Positions 6,931 through 17,311 of a stretch of DNA of 64,000 nucleotides are shown piece after piece (within the stretch, counting starts at the first letter, position 1; every line of letters begins with the position of its first letter). The stretch lies in assembly GCA_900318345.1 (NCBI GenBank), contig ONKD01000022.1, forward strand, positions 2,189 to 66,188, written 5' to 3'. Source of the DNA: an uncultured Prevotellaceae bacterium (lineage in GTDB: Bacteria; Bacteroidota; Bacteroidia; Bacteroidales; Muribaculaceae). The notes under the pieces were generated by a model. That model saw only the letters and a list, made by a program, of their open reading frames with translations, made no database searches and had not been told where the DNA came from. The position numbers and the translations under genes were made by a program.

Positions 6931-9504
6931 TTATCCGCAACGAGAAGTACCACAATTGGTGCAAATCAAGCAGCCTTCCTGATAGACAAGCGTGTCTTGC
7001 CCACAGTTGGGACAGCGCTCGGCAGCTGCTTCACCATTATGGATATAACGCTTCAGGGCGCGCTCAACACCCATTTTCCAAGTGTTAATGGACTGGCTGT
7101 CCAGCTCAAGGCTGCTCACCAGTTTGAGCACCTGCGGGATGGGCATACCATAACGCAGAACGCCCGAGATGAGCTTGGCGTAGTTCCAGAACTCTGGATT
7201 GAACTTCTCGCTCAAGCCCTCGATGGTGGTCTTGAAGCCACGCTTGTTGATGAACTGGAAGTCATAGCGCTTCACACCATCCTCGCCCACGGCCTTGATG
7301 ATCTTGCCCTTTGTCACCGACTTGGGGCAGAAGATACCCTCATCATCATCGGCAATACCCGTGAAGATCTCATAGGGGCGGCCGTCAATCAAGCCGATAA
7401 AGGCAATCCATTTCTCTTTCTTGTTCTGGAAACGCACCACATCGGCCTCAAGTTCAACGGGACGCTTAAGGATATGTTCCTCCTCGGCAATGTAGCGGGC
7501 AGCCTGCTGTTCGTTAGCAGCGTTTTCCTTCTCTTTCTCCTTCTTTTTGTCGTTGTCGCTCAAGGCAACGAGTACACCAGTGCGCGAGCCATCGCGATAG
7601 ACCGTACAACCCTTGCATCCACTGCGCCAAGCCTCAACATAGAGTTTGCCCACCATTTCCTCGCTGATGTCGTTGGGCAGGTTGATGGTCACACTGATGC
7701 TGTGATCGACCCACTTCTGCACCTCGCCCTGCATTCTCACCTTGTTCACCCAATCCACATCGTTGGCAGTAGCCTTGTAATAAGGTGAACGACTCACGAT
7801 GTCATTCAACTCCTCTTGGGTATAATCACGACGAACGGGGATGTTGTTGGCATTCATCCATGTCACCAGCTTGTGGTGATAAACGATGAATTCCTCAAAT
7901 GAGTCACCATTCTCGTCAACCAGGTCAACGTGGACATCCTTGTCGCTGGGATTGACCTTGCGGCGACGCTTGTACACGGGCATGAAGACAGGTTCAATGC
8001 CAGATGTCGTCTGGGTCAGCAAACTGGTGGTACCAGTGGGCGCGATAGTCAGGCAAGCGATGTTGCGGCGACCATATTTCACCATCTCCTCATAAAGTTC
8101 GGGAGAGGCTTCGCGGATGCGGTTGATATAAGGATTATTTTTCTCGCGCTCAGCATCATAGATTTCAAACGCTCCGCGCTCCTTGGCCATCTGTACCGAT
8201 GAGCCATAGGCAGCCAGTGCCAATGCACGATGAACGCTCACCGAGAATTCGGTTGCCTCGGGAGTACCGTAACGCAGTCCCATAGCGGCGATCATGTCGC
8301 CCTCACCTGTTGTGCCCACGCCAGTGCGACGGCCCTTGAGGGTCTTGGTGCGGATCTTATTCCACAGGTTCAACTCGGTGGTCTTTACTTCACTTGTCTC
8401 GGGATCACTCTTAACTTTGGCGAGGATTTTCTCGATTTTCTCCATCTCCAGGTCGATGATGTCGTCCATCATGCGCTGGGCACAAGCCACATGCTCGGCA
8501 AACATGTCGAAATCAAACTCAGCCTGAGGTGTGAAGGGATTCTTCACATAGCTATAAAGGTTGATGGCAATGAGACGACAACTGTCATAGGGGCACAAGG
8601 GAATCTCGCCACATGGATTTGTTGAGATGGTCTTGAATCCCAGGTCGGCATAACAGTCAGGCACCGACTCTCGGGTAATGGTGTCCCAGAACAGGATGCC
8701 AGGCTCAGCGCTCTTCCATGCATTGTGGACAATCTTAGCCCACAGTCTGGAAGCATCAATTTCCTTCTCATACACCGGCTTATCACTCTCGATGGGATAC
8801 TGCTGGTGATAGGGCTTGCCCTCAACTGCAGCCTGCATGAAGGCATCGTCGATGCGCACCGACACGTTAGCGCCAGTCACCTTGCCCTCAACCATCTTAG
8901 CGTCGATAAACGACTCAGCGTCGGGATGCTTGATGCTCACGGTAAGCATGAGCGCACCACGGCGGCCATCCTGGGCCACCTCGCGGGTGCTGTTACTATA
9001 GCGTACCATGAAGGGCACAAGACCGGTCGATGTCAAGGCACTGTTCTTGACAGGAGAACCCTTGGGACGAATGTGTGACAAGTCATGCCCCACACCGCCA
9101 CGGCGTTTCATGAGCTGTACCTGCTCCTCATCAATCTTGAGGATGCCACCATAACTGTCAGGTTCGCCGTCAAGGCCAACCACAAAGCAGTTGCTCAACG
9201 AGCCCACCTGGAAATTGTTGCCGATACCCGCCATAGGGCTGCCCTGAGGCACGATGTAGCGGAAGTGACTCATCAGCTCAAACAGGCGGTCTTCAGTCAT
9301 CGGGTTGGGATACTTATTCTCGATACGGGCAATCTCGCGGGCGATGCGGCGGTGCATATCGTCAGGAGTCAACTCATAAAGGTTTCCGAAAGAATCTTTA
9401 AGGGCATACTTCGAAGACCATACCCTAGCGGCAAGTTCATCGCCGTCAAAGTATTTCAACGAGGCCTCGTATGCCTGTTGGTAAGTATAGGTTTTTGGTT
9501 CCAT
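6931..9504 (-). CDS. nrdJ: adenosylcobalamin-dependent ribonucleoside-diphosphate/triphosphate reductase (class II RNR)
   Basis: 857 aa. Active-site loop NPCGEIPL, TIAPTGTTS, and C-terminal zinc ribbon CPNCG...CTNCG. ATG at 9504. Confidence 0.92.
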   Translation of the reverse strand: MEPKTYTYQQAYEASLKYFDGDELAARVWSSKYALKDSFGNLYELTPDDMHRRIAREIARIENKYPNPMTEDRLFELMSHFRYIVPQGSPMAGIGNNFQVGSLSNCFVVGLDGEPDSYGGILKIDEEQVQLMKRRGGVGHDLSHIRPKGSPVKNSALTSTGLVPFMVRYSNSTREVAQDGRRGALMLTVSIKHPDAESFIDAKMVEGKVTGANVSVRIDDAFMQAAVEGKPYHQQYPIESDKPVYEKEIDASRLWAKIVHNAWKSAEPGILFWDTITRESVPDCYADLGFKTISTNPCGEIPLCPYDSCRLIAINLYSYVKNPFTPQAEFDFDMFAEHVACAQRMMDDIIDLEMEKIEKILAKVKSDPETSEVKTTELNLWNKIRTKTLKGRRTGVGTTGEGDMIAAMGLRYGTPEATEFSVSVHRALALAAYGSSVQMAKERGAFEIYDAEREKNNPYINRIREASPELYEEMVKYGRRNIACLTIAPTGTTSLLTQTTSGIEPVFMPVYKRRRKVNPSDKDVHVDLVDENGDSFEEFIVYHHKLVTWMNANNIPVRRDYTQEELNDIVSRSPYYKATANDVDWVNKVRMQGEVQKWVDHSISVTINLPNDISEEMVGKLYVEAWRSGCKGCTVYRDGSRTGVLVALSDNDKKKEKEKENAANEQQAARYIAEEEHILKRPVELEADVVRFQNKKEKWIAFIGLIDGRPYEIFTGIADDDEGIFCPKSVTKGKIIKAVGEDGVKRYDFQFINKRGFKTTIEGLSEKFNPEFWNYAKLISGVLRYGMPIPQVLKLVSSLELDSQSINTWKMGVERALKRYIHNGEAAAERCPNCGQDTLVYQEGCLICTNCGTSRCG

Positions 9505-9567
9505 TATTAATTAAGGTTATTATGTTCTTTTGCACACATTAATTTGCCACATGGGGCAAAAACCTTG

Positions 9568-9575
9568 CAAAGGTA
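9568..9575 (-). promoter_or_regulatory. -7 box TACCTTTG (nrdJ)
   Basis: Plus-strand CAAAGGTA, 63 nt upstream of ATG 9504, in an AT-rich spacer. Confidence 0.5.
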
Positions 9576-9804
9576 ATAAGATTGTTTTGAACAACAAAAT
9601 TAATAAGAAAAAATGTAAAGTTTTTATAAAAATTTTATACTATACTGATTATTAGGTATTTAAGTTTTTAGATTCACGAAAAAGTTATCCAAAACACAAA
9701 CCAACAACTCACCAAAGTCGCTCAAAATAAATTACTTGTAAAAAATATGGGTACTCCTTTATCGGGAGCACCCACAAATAAATTTCACTAAAAATGGTTA
9801 TCTC

Positions 9805-10494
9805 TTACTTGAGCGTACCATCCTGGGCAGCCTTCACCATGTCCTCGTTAGCGGTGATATAGATCTCAACGCGGCGGTTCTGGGCACGACCGGCCTCGGT
9901 GTCATTGCTGGCAACGGGATAGTCATAAGCCAAACCCTGGCTGGTCAAGCGGGCGCTGGGAACACCTGCATTGGTCAGATAGTTCTTCACCTCGGTAGCA
10001 CGAGCATTGGAAACCTTCTCGTTTACAGCGTGGGTACCAACGTTGTCGGTGTGGCCGTAAATCTGCACATCGGTCTGGGGATTGTTGAGCAGCGAGGTTG
10101 CAAACTTGTCAAGCGAAGCCTTGGCGTCGCTACCCAGCTTTGAGCTGTTGAAGCCGAAGAGGATGCCATTGTCGAAGGTCACCTTGATGCCCTCGAAACC
10201 GTTCACGTCGGTGCAAGTATCAACCTGAGCACCAGCGATCTTACGCAGTTCCTCGGCTTGCTTGTCCATCTTCTTGCCGATGAGGGTACCAGCCACACCA
10301 CCTGCAACAGCACCAATAGCACCACCAATGGCAGCACCCTTGCCCTTACCGATGAGGGCACCGATGCCAGCACCGATAGCAGCGCCACCGCCACCACCGA
10401 TCAAGCCACCCTTAGCAGCATTGTTCATTGAACCACAACCCGAAACACCGAGCATTAACAAAGCACTCAATAATAAGCATAAAGTCTTCTTCAT
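9805..10494 (-). CDS. OmpA-family lipoprotein with glycine-zipper segment
   Basis: ATG 10494 is preferred over track start 10548 because a TAAATTTG box sits at 10546-10553. Lipobox LGVSGC, Gly-zipper GGLIGGGGGAAIGAGIGALIGKGKGAAIGG, and OmpA/MotB C-terminal domain (GHTDNVG ... NRRVEI). Confidence 0.9.
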   Translation of the reverse strand: MKKTLCLLLSALLMLGVSGCGSMNNAAKGGLIGGGGGAAIGAGIGALIGKGKGAAIGGAIGAVAGGVAGTLIGKKMDKQAEELRKIAGAQVDTCTDVNGFEGIKVTFDNGILFGFNSSKLGSDAKASLDKFATSLLNNPQTDVQIYGHTDNVGTHAVNEKVSNARATEVKNYLTNAGVPSARLTSQGLAYDYPVASNDTEAGRAQNRRVEIYITANEDMVKAAQDGTLK

Positions 10495-10545
10495 TGTTCT
10501 ATGATATTTAAATGAATAATGTGAATTATCTATGTTTTCAACTTG

Positions 10546-10553
10546 CAAATTTA
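10546..10553 (-). promoter_or_regulatory. -7 box TAAATTTG (OmpA-family gene)
   Basis: Plus-strand CAAATTTA, 51 nt upstream of ATG 10494. Confidence 0.5.
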
Positions 10554-10619
10554 GTAAAATATTTTATTCTATAGTATTTTTAACTGAAAAACTTCAATTT
10601 AGTTCCATTTTCAATGAAT

Positions 10620-10670
10620 GCAAAAAACTTGCCACGCGGATGCTCCACTACGGGGCAATCGCGTGACAAG
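10620..10670 (-). terminator. intrinsic terminator after fbp
   Basis: Arms CTTGCCACGCG (10628-10638) and CGCGTGACAAG (10660-10670), 10/11 complementary. On the minus strand a T-run follows (plus-strand CAAAAAA at 10621-10627). Lies 24 nt after the fbp stop. Confidence 0.6.
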
Positions 10671-10693
10671 ATGACATTGTCTAACAATTCTAA

Positions 10694-12703
10694 TTAGCGT
10701 TTATTGGTAATGGGACGCAGGTTGCGTTCCTTGAGGTCACCAGAACGGTAGGCGTCAAGCAGTTCCTTGAGGTCCTCGATCTGGGACTTGAGCTCGGTGC
10801 CGATGTCGGTATCGTTCACAAGGATACGTTGATGGGTGTGCTCGACAATGCTACGCGTGGACTTGATGTCCTGACCGAGTCTAACGGCCTCGTCAATCGA
10901 CGAGAACGGCTCATGCTGTACGAGTTCAAATCCTTGAGAGTGATAAACCAGCGTATAGCCGGCAATACCGGTCTCGGGCTGATAGGCCTTGGAGAAACCA
11001 CCGTCAATCACCATGAGTTTGCCACCGGCCTTGATGGGGTTCTCTCCCTTGATGGTCTTGACGGGCACATGACCATTGATGATGTGTCGATGCTCACCGG
11101 TGACGCCAAATTCATCAAGAATCATATCAACCACGTCGGGGTTGTCACGCATCGTGTAATAAGCGCCCTTGACTTCCTTGTGGGTATCTTTGTCGGCGAT
11201 GAAGTAACGCTCAAATGTCGCCATCTTGCTCTTGTCAAATGCGGGTGAATCGGGACCACACCACAAATACCACAAGTAGTCAAGTGCAAAGGCACGTTCC
11301 TCGGGATCCTCACATCCGAAGTAAGCTGAACGGATGAGATTGCCAGCGCGCTTCAGCAACGCTTTACCATGGAACTTCTCACCACGGATAGCCACATCCT
11401 TCAGCGTGCCGTCCTCGTTCAGAGGGATGGAAGCATGATAGAGCAGGTTGCCGTTGGAAATTGTGTACAGACAGCCGTTGCGGAACATGCACTTCATGTG
11501 CTTGCGCAGTTTCTCACTTTCGGTAAACGACTGGTGGAGCTTCGTTACGATAGACTCTTCTTCGGGAGTCAGTTTGAAAGGATGCTTGGGATCCACCGTT
11601 GGGAAGTTGGTGTCGAGCAGTTCATACTCTTTGCCCTTGATCTTGATTACACCCTTCGCCAAGTCCATCTTGTCCAGCAAGAGACGGTCCTTCATGTCAA
11701 AGTCAGGACGGCGCTTGATGGCAGCGGCCTCCAGTTTGAATTGGATAATGCTGATGGCCTTGTGCATCTGTGCCACAAGCTGTGCGGTGCGGGCTCGCTC
11801 AGGATCCTTGGCGCTACCGTCCTTAGGCAGGAAGCGCTCACAGGGGTCATTGGCATAGGTGTCCATAGCGAATGTTGCCAGTGGCAGCAGGTTGATGCCG
11901 TAACCATCCTCGAGCACGCCGTGGTTACCGTAGCGCAAGGCGATGCGCAGCACGTTGGCAATGCTGCAGTCGTTACCCGCCGCAGCACCCATCCACAGGA
12001 TGTCATGGTTGCCCCACTGAATATCAAAGTTGTGGTAGTTGCACAAGATGTCCATGATTTTATCAGGACTAGGACCACGGTCATATACATCGCCCAAGAG
12101 GTGTAGCATATCGATGGTCAACTGCTGAATCAAGTTGCACATGGCGATGATGAACTCATCGACACGATTAGTCGAGATGATGGTCTTGATAATCACATCG
12201 ACATAAGCCTGCTTGTTAGGGTCGCTGCTGTGCTCGTGCAAAAGCTCTTGGATGATATAGGAGAAGTCCTCGGGCAGAGCCTTGTGAACCTTGGAACGGC
12301 TATATTTGGACGAAACATGGCGGCAGACTCTTACCAACCGGTTGATGGTGATAAAGTACCAGTCGTCCAAATCTTCCTTTTCGGTAATCTCATCTTTCAC
12401 CAATTCCAATTTCTCGGCAGGATAGTAAATAAGGGTACATAGTTCCTTCTGCTCACGGGCGCTGAGTGAGTCATTAAAGATCGTATTCACTTTCCGTTTA
12501 ATCCTACCGCTGGCATTGCGCAACACGTGCTGGAAAGCAAGGTATTCACCATGCAGGTCAGCCAGGAAATGCTCAGTACCTTTAGGCAGGTTCAAGATGG
12601 CCTCGAGGTTAATGATCTCGGTGCTGGCGGTCGCCACATTTGGGAAACTGCGTGAAAGCAGTTTGAGGAAATAAATGTCTCGTTTTCTTTCTTCAGGTTT
12701 CAT
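10694..12703 (-). CDS. fbp: fructose-1,6-bisphosphatase class 3
   Basis: 669 aa. Metallophosphoesterase motifs LADLHGEY, GDVYDRGP and GNHD in the arrangement typical of FBPase III. Confidence 0.92.
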   Translation of the reverse strand: MKPEERKRDIYFLKLLSRSFPNVATASTEIINLEAILNLPKGTEHFLADLHGEYLAFQHVLRNASGRIKRKVNTIFNDSLSAREQKELCTLIYYPAEKLELVKDEITEKEDLDDWYFITINRLVRVCRHVSSKYSRSKVHKALPEDFSYIIQELLHEHSSDPNKQAYVDVIIKTIISTNRVDEFIIAMCNLIQQLTIDMLHLLGDVYDRGPSPDKIMDILCNYHNFDIQWGNHDILWMGAAAGNDCSIANVLRIALRYGNHGVLEDGYGINLLPLATFAMDTYANDPCERFLPKDGSAKDPERARTAQLVAQMHKAISIIQFKLEAAAIKRRPDFDMKDRLLLDKMDLAKGVIKIKGKEYELLDTNFPTVDPKHPFKLTPEEESIVTKLHQSFTESEKLRKHMKCMFRNGCLYTISNGNLLYHASIPLNEDGTLKDVAIRGEKFHGKALLKRAGNLIRSAYFGCEDPEERAFALDYLWYLWCGPDSPAFDKSKMATFERYFIADKDTHKEVKGAYYTMRDNPDVVDMILDEFGVTGEHRHIINGHVPVKTIKGENPIKAGGKLMVIDGGFSKAYQPETGIAGYTLVYHSQGFELVQHEPFSSIDEAVRLGQDIKSTRSIVEHTHQRILVNDTDIGTELKSQIEDLKELLDAYRSGDLKERNLRPITNKR

Positions 12704-12772
12704 AGTTTACTTTAGCTAAAGTTTAAGGTATTATGAAGTAATTATTTATATAACGTGAAAAGTTAAAGAATA

Positions 12773-14095
12773 TTATTTGAGCAGTGATATTCTCACCTTT
12801 TTACCCTTGATTTTCACTTGTTGAAGCCGTTTTAATGCCTCATGGACCTGCCCGCGAGGCAGTGCAACAAGAGCGTAATGGTCCCGCACATCGATGCGTC
12901 CAATGTCATGCGGGTCTATGCCCCCGTTGTTGGCAACAAAACCCATGATGTCGCCACGCGACAGTTTCTCCTTCTTGCCTGCCTGGAAATAGAGCGTGGC
13001 CATTGGCGCATGGGAAGGTCGTGGATTAGGATTGAGGACGAAGGATTCATCTATCGATACCCACTCTGGTAAGGACTCGTCGGAGGCAGTGATGACGTAA
13101 GCCTCACCATAGGCATCCACTCTGGCTGTGCGCCCATTGCGGTGGATGTAAGCCTCCTCGCTCACGGGCAGGTGATAATGGATGATGTGAGACACACGCT
13201 CGATATCCAGGCCTCGAGCTGCAAGATCGGTAGCAACGATGACGTTGACGCTGCCATTGTTGAGCATGGCCACGGCACACTCGCGCTCCTGCTGCTCCAA
13301 CGCCCCGTGATAGATTCCGGCATCGATGCCGTTCTTCACCAGGTATTGATGGATGCGCTCAACACTCTCGCGATAGTTGGCAAACACGATGGTCTTGTTG
13401 CCGTCGAGGGAGAGCAACAGATCACGCAGACAATCGAGCTTGTCTCTACTTGTTGATTCCACCTGCCAAACCTTGATGCGGTCAGCAGGCTGTTCTGAAC
13501 CCTTTAACACATTTACCGTGACGGGCTTATTGAGCCTCACATAATCGGGAACCACATCCAGCACCGTTGCCGAGGCGAGGATGCGTCGGTTGATGCGCGG
13601 CATCTGCTTGAGCAGTTGACGCATCTCGTCTTCAAAGCCCAGTTCCAGCGATTTGTCCATCTCGTCGAGCACAAGCACGCGCGTTCCTCCCAAAGCGATG
13701 TGACCGCGCCGCTGATGGTCGAGCAGGCGTCCTGGAGTGGCGACGATGATGTCTGGAGTGACCTCTAGAGAGGCTTTTTCATCGCTGACCGCATGACCGC
13801 CATAGCATGGCGTCACCTTATAGCCAGTGGCAAGGATGCGCAGGATCTCGGCAGTCTGCATCACCAGTTCTCGCGATGGAGCCAGCACCACAGCCTGTAA
13901 TTGTTGCATGGGCGGCTTGAGGGCTTGCAGCACACACATGGCAAAAGCCAGTGTTTTACCCGTTCCCGTTGGGGAATAGAGCACAAGGTCTCCCCCACCC
14001 GATTTCCACGCGTCGAGTGCCGCACGCTGCATGTCGTTGAGCGCGTCAATGCCCATGCGGTCTTTCACCACCTGTAATAACTCTTCTATTTTCAT
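12773..14095 (-). CDS. DEAD-box ATP-dependent RNA helicase with DbpA-type C-terminal RNA-binding domain
   Basis: Motifs SPTGTGKTLAF, DEMD, SAT and HRNGRTAR, plus a DbpA-like C-terminus. ATG at 14095; the track start 14098 is TTG. Confidence 0.9.
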   Translation of the reverse strand: MKIEELLQVVKDRMGIDALNDMQRAALDAWKSGGGDLVLYSPTGTGKTLAFAMCVLQALKPPMQQLQAVVLAPSRELVMQTAEILRILATGYKVTPCYGGHAVSDEKASLEVTPDIIVATPGRLLDHQRRGHIALGGTRVLVLDEMDKSLELGFEDEMRQLLKQMPRINRRILASATVLDVVPDYVRLNKPVTVNVLKGSEQPADRIKVWQVESTSRDKLDCLRDLLLSLDGNKTIVFANYRESVERIHQYLVKNGIDAGIYHGALEQQERECAVAMLNNGSVNVIVATDLAARGLDIERVSHIIHYHLPVSEEAYIHRNGRTARVDAYGEAYVITASDESLPEWVSIDESFVLNPNPRPSHAPMATLYFQAGKKEKLSRGDIMGFVANNGGIDPHDIGRIDVRDHYALVALPRGQVHEALKRLQQVKIKGKKVRISLLK

Positions 14096-14116
14096 CAAAA
14101 ATGGTTATTTGCTCCA

Positions 14117-14124
14117 CAAAAATA
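14117..14124 (-). promoter_or_regulatory. -7 box TATTTTTG (DEAD-box helicase)
   Basis: Plus-strand CAAAAATA, 21 nt upstream of ATG 14095. Confidence 0.45.
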
Positions 14125-14166
14125 GTTAATAATTCAGCAACGAACCACACTAGAGTGATTTTTTAG

Positions 14167-14174
14167 TAATTTTG
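14167..14174 (+). promoter_or_regulatory. -7 box TAATTTTG (metallophosphoesterase)
   Basis: 23 nt upstream of ATG 14198. Confidence 0.5.
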
Positions 14175-14197
14175 TCCACATTTTTTAAGAATATCAC

Positions 14198-15283
14198 ATG
14201 GCAAAGTTCTTCATTATAGCGCTGACCGTGATGCTGGTCATGCAAGGATATGTATCATGGCACGTGTGGCGTGTGCTACCGTTTTCTATACCAGTCAAGG
14301 TCATCATCATTCTGCTCATGCTTGTGGCATTGGCATGCATGGTGATGCAGTTCCAGAGCGACACGATGTCCTTAAGGGTTGCTACCGCAATCTACGAGAT
14401 CGGCAATTCGTGGCTCATCATCATGTTCTATCTGCTGTTGATCTTTTTAGTACTCGACATTGGGCGGGCTATCCATTTGGTACCTGCCACATGGCTCAAG
14501 GATAACGCGATCACTTCGATAACCATCACAGGCGTGTTGCTGGTAGCTCTGGTTGCCGGTAATATACATTATCACAACAAAGTGCGTCAAGAAATCCATC
14601 TCACGACTAATAAGCAACTAGAACGCCCACTGAAGATTGTCATGCTCAGTGACTTGCATGCAGGATACCATAACCGTCGCGCCGAGGTAGGCCGTTGGGT
14701 GGATATGGTGAATGCCGAGCGCCCCGACATGGTCCTGATCGCGGGAGACATCATTGATGGCCATATGAGACCGCTGCTCGAGCAAGGCACCTGTGAGGAG
14801 TTCAAGCGCCTTGAGGCACCAGTGATAGCGTGTTTAGGTAACCATGAGTATATCACAGGCATCGACAAATCCATCGACTGGATCAATAAGAGTGGCATTG
14901 GCCTGTTAAGGGACGATACCTTGAGCATTGGTAATGTGACTATTATCGGCCGTGATGACCGCAGCAACTACACTCGCAAGAGCGTGAAGCAACTCGTGCA
15001 GGGCATTGACACCACACACTACACAATCTTGCTGGACCATCAACCCTATCATCTGGAGGAAGCCGAGCAAAACGGCATTGACCTGCAACTGAGCGGTCAC
15101 ACCCACCGCGGCCAGATTTGGCCATTGAGCCTAGTTGTCAAGGCAATGTATGAGTGCGCTTATGGCCAGTGGAAACGCGGCAAGACAGATTACTACGTGA
15201 GTTCCGGCATGGGCATCTGGGGTGGTAAATTCCGCATCGGCACCGACTCGGAATATGCCGTCATCACGGTCAACAATCCATGA
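14198..15283 (+). CDS. membrane-anchored metallophosphoesterase (YkuE-like)
   Basis: N-terminal TM helices followed by calcineurin-like motifs LSDLH, GDIIDG, GNHE and GHTH. Confidence 0.85.
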   Translation: MAKFFIIALTVMLVMQGYVSWHVWRVLPFSIPVKVIIILLMLVALACMVMQFQSDTMSLRVATAIYEIGNSWLIIMFYLLLIFLVLDIGRAIHLVPATWLKDNAITSITITGVLLVALVAGNIHYHNKVRQEIHLTTNKQLERPLKIVMLSDLHAGYHNRRAEVGRWVDMVNAERPDMVLIAGDIIDGHMRPLLEQGTCEEFKRLEAPVIACLGNHEYITGIDKSIDWINKSGIGLLRDDTLSIGNVTIIGRDDRSNYTRKSVKQLVQGIDTTHYTILLDHQPYHLEEAEQNGIDLQLSGHTHRGQIWPLSLVVKAMYECAYGQWKRGKTDYYVSSGMGIWGGKFRIGTDSEYAVITVNNP

Positions 15284-15286
15284 TGA

Positions 15287-16186
15287 CTATTTCCACTTCT
15301 TGGGGGAGATGCCGACTGCTTCCTTGAAATATTTGCCGAAAAATGACTGGTTGGGAAAATTCAACTCGTCGGCCACCTGCTGAACCGTGTATCGCCCACT
15401 GCGCAACATCGTTTTGGCATCGAGAATGACATAATCCTTGATCCAACGAGAAGGATGGCGACCCGTCTGCTCATACACCACATGAGACATGTACTTGAGC
15501 GAGAGGCACAACTGGTCGGCATAGAAGCCCAAATCGCGGTGCTCGCGGTAATTATCGTGCACACATTGCAGGAAATGGGCAACGATCTCGTCCTTGCGTG
15601 AGGTTTTGGACGACACTTCTGGCTGGTTGCTCGTTCCTTGTTCAATGATACTCCCCAGCAGATTGATGCAATTGAATGCCGCCTGCTCCTTTTTCTCATT
15701 GAATGCAGTATCGGTGAGGATGACACGCAACATGTGATGGGTGGTTTTCATCAATTCAACTTGCACAGGAAGCAAATGCAGCAACACCACCTGCAAAGCA
15801 TAAAGGCGATGCACATTAGATTGTCTTATACTGGCTGTTGAGGGTAATTCCTTATGGGAGAACGACAGGAAAATGAGTTTTGCTTCATCATCTACCGCAA
15901 CATGCTCGACAATCGTTCCTGCCGAGATAATGGCACAAGTGTTGTCGCCAGCGACGAAATCGCGGAAGTTAACACTGAACTTGACTTCACCCTTGATGAC
16001 AATGAGCATACATGACGATGACAGTTTCAACGGGAATCGATTCATGAAACTGTTCACCTCGTCAGGATTCGCTTTTTGCGTATTGCCCAGGTTGTCCATT
16101 ACCATCATCTTGTCCTCAAAGATGATAGCGGTATCATTGGTCGGCATCATCGACAAGTCCAATGATTGCATTCCTCGTTCTTTCAT
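15287..16186 (-). CDS. AraC-family transcriptional regulator
   Basis: C-terminal AraC/XylS HTH (YVILDAKTMLRSGRYTVQQVADELNFPNQSFFGKYFKEAVGISPKKW). Start set to ATG 16186 because a TATCTTTG box lies at 16213-16220. ATG 16171 is also possible. Confidence 0.85.
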   Translation of the reverse strand: MKERGMQSLDLSMMPTNDTAIIFEDKMMVMDNLGNTQKANPDEVNSFMNRFPLKLSSSCMLIVIKGEVKFSVNFRDFVAGDNTCAIISAGTIVEHVAVDDEAKLIFLSFSHKELPSTASIRQSNVHRLYALQVVLLHLLPVQVELMKTTHHMLRVILTDTAFNEKKEQAAFNCINLLGSIIEQGTSNQPEVSSKTSRKDEIVAHFLQCVHDNYREHRDLGFYADQLCLSLKYMSHVVYEQTGRHPSRWIKDYVILDAKTMLRSGRYTVQQVADELNFPNQSFFGKYFKEAVGISPKKWK

Positions 16187-16212
16187 AATTGTAGTGATTG
16201 CTTGCAAGACTG

Positions 16213-16220
16213 CAAAGATA
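16213..16220 (-). promoter_or_regulatory. -7 box TATCTTTG (AraC regulator)
   Basis: Plus-strand CAAAGATA, 26 nt upstream of ATG 16186. Confidence 0.45.
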
Positions 16221-16394
16221 GGTATTTTTGGACAAAAAATTGCTCAATTTTTCTTCTTATCACACCAATTAATCCATTATCGACCAAAAAACATTTCTCA
16301 ACGACATCACTCAATCACAAGCACAAAAGGATAATTCCTATCTTAAAATCAAACATATTCCACGCTTAACAACAATTGGTTAAAAGAATATTAC

Positions 16395-16402
16395 TACTTT
16401 TG
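16395..16402 (+). promoter_or_regulatory. -7 box TACTTTTG (DUF486 gene)
   Basis: 32 nt upstream of ATG 16435. Confidence 0.5.
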
Positions 16403-16434
16403 TCGCGCTAAAACCGAAACCCAGCTATAACAAT

Positions 16435-16806
16435 ATGCAATACATTTACACGATAGGACTTCTTGTTGTCTCCAACATCTTCATGACGTTTGCCTGGTAT
16501 GGCCACTTGAAACTGCAGCAGATCAAGGTTTTTTCAGACAGTACGCCATTGTACGTCATCATCTTGCTATCATGGCTGCTTGCCCTGCCCGAATACTCAT
16601 GCCAGGTTCCTGCCAACCGCATCGGCTATATGGGCAATGGCGGTCCTTTTAACCTCATGCAGTTAAAAGTCATTCAGGAAGTGATTTCGCTGATGGTATT
16701 CACAATCTTTGTCACAGTGTTCTTCAATGGTGAGTCGCTGCGCTGGAATCACTTTGCCGCATTCGTTTGCTTGATTCTAGCTGTCTTCTTTGTCTTCCAC
16801 AAATAA
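16435..16806 (+). CDS. DMT-superfamily small membrane protein (DUF486)
   Basis: 123 aa with four predicted TM helices. N-terminus MQYIYTIGLLVVSNIFMTFAWYGHLK is typical of DUF486. Confidence 0.8.
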   Translation: MQYIYTIGLLVVSNIFMTFAWYGHLKLQQIKVFSDSTPLYVIILLSWLLALPEYSCQVPANRIGYMGNGGPFNLMQLKVIQEVISLMVFTIFVTVFFNGESLRWNHFAAFVCLILAVFFVFHK

Positions 16807-16972
16807 CTGGATTTTTGTCGTTAGACACCACGTGAAGACGCCAAGACGCTAGGGTTTTATTTCTGCATCCGCGCTCTTAACTGTCCACGAATTAAGCGAA
16901 TTAAACGAAGGCATTCGCGCTCTGGAACCCCACGCGAAGGCGCTAAGGTTTTTAATATAGCTACTGCACTAT

Positions 16973-17001
16973 CCCTGCGGGGCTAACACGAATTACGCGA
17001 A
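16973..17001 (+). repeat. 29-nt direct repeat, copy 1
   Basis: CCCTGCGGGGCTAACACGAATTACGCGAA, 28/29 identical to 17270-17298. Confidence 0.7.
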
Positions 17002-17269
17002 CCTTTAGCAGTAAATTTCGCTAATTTGACTGACTGACGTTCCCGTCAAAAGGCAGACGGGGCATTTTTAATGGTTGACTTTTAATAGGCTGGTATAAAG
17101 CACGTTTTAAATTCCACGAATAAATGGCAGGGTGGTGCGGAACTGTTAACGAAACGTTAAAAGCACTAATCACCCCATCCGCTGCAAAGGTACATCACTC
17201 CCACCCTACCCGCCATGACAATCGGCACACAAGCGCCAAAAACCATAGCCCAATTTGCTGGTGCACATG

Positions 17270-17298
17270 CCCTGCGGGGCTAACACGAATTTCGCGAA
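17270..17298 (+). repeat. 29-nt direct repeat, copy 2
   Basis: CCCTGCGGGGCTAACACGAATTTCGCGAA. Confidence 0.7.
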
Positions 17299-17311
17299 TT
17301 AATAAATAAAC

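Noticed and set aside
9505-9575. Cobalamin riboswitch upstream of the B12-dependent nrdJ
   Set aside because: The predicted leader from the -7 box to the ATG is only about 60 nt and AT-rich. That is too short for a ~200-nt cobalamin aptamer, and no B12-box-like GCCACTG core was seen.
9505-9804. Chromosomal origin (oriC) signal: AT-rich 300-bp spacer with TTATCCAAA (about 9696-9704), a TGTGGATAC at about 1781-1789, and rsmG/gidB nearby
   Set aside because: There are only single near-consensus DnaA boxes, no cluster, and no dnaA/dnaN. Gene orientation does not switch around it, and the spacer is adequately explained by the nrdJ promoter and the OmpA-gene 3' region.
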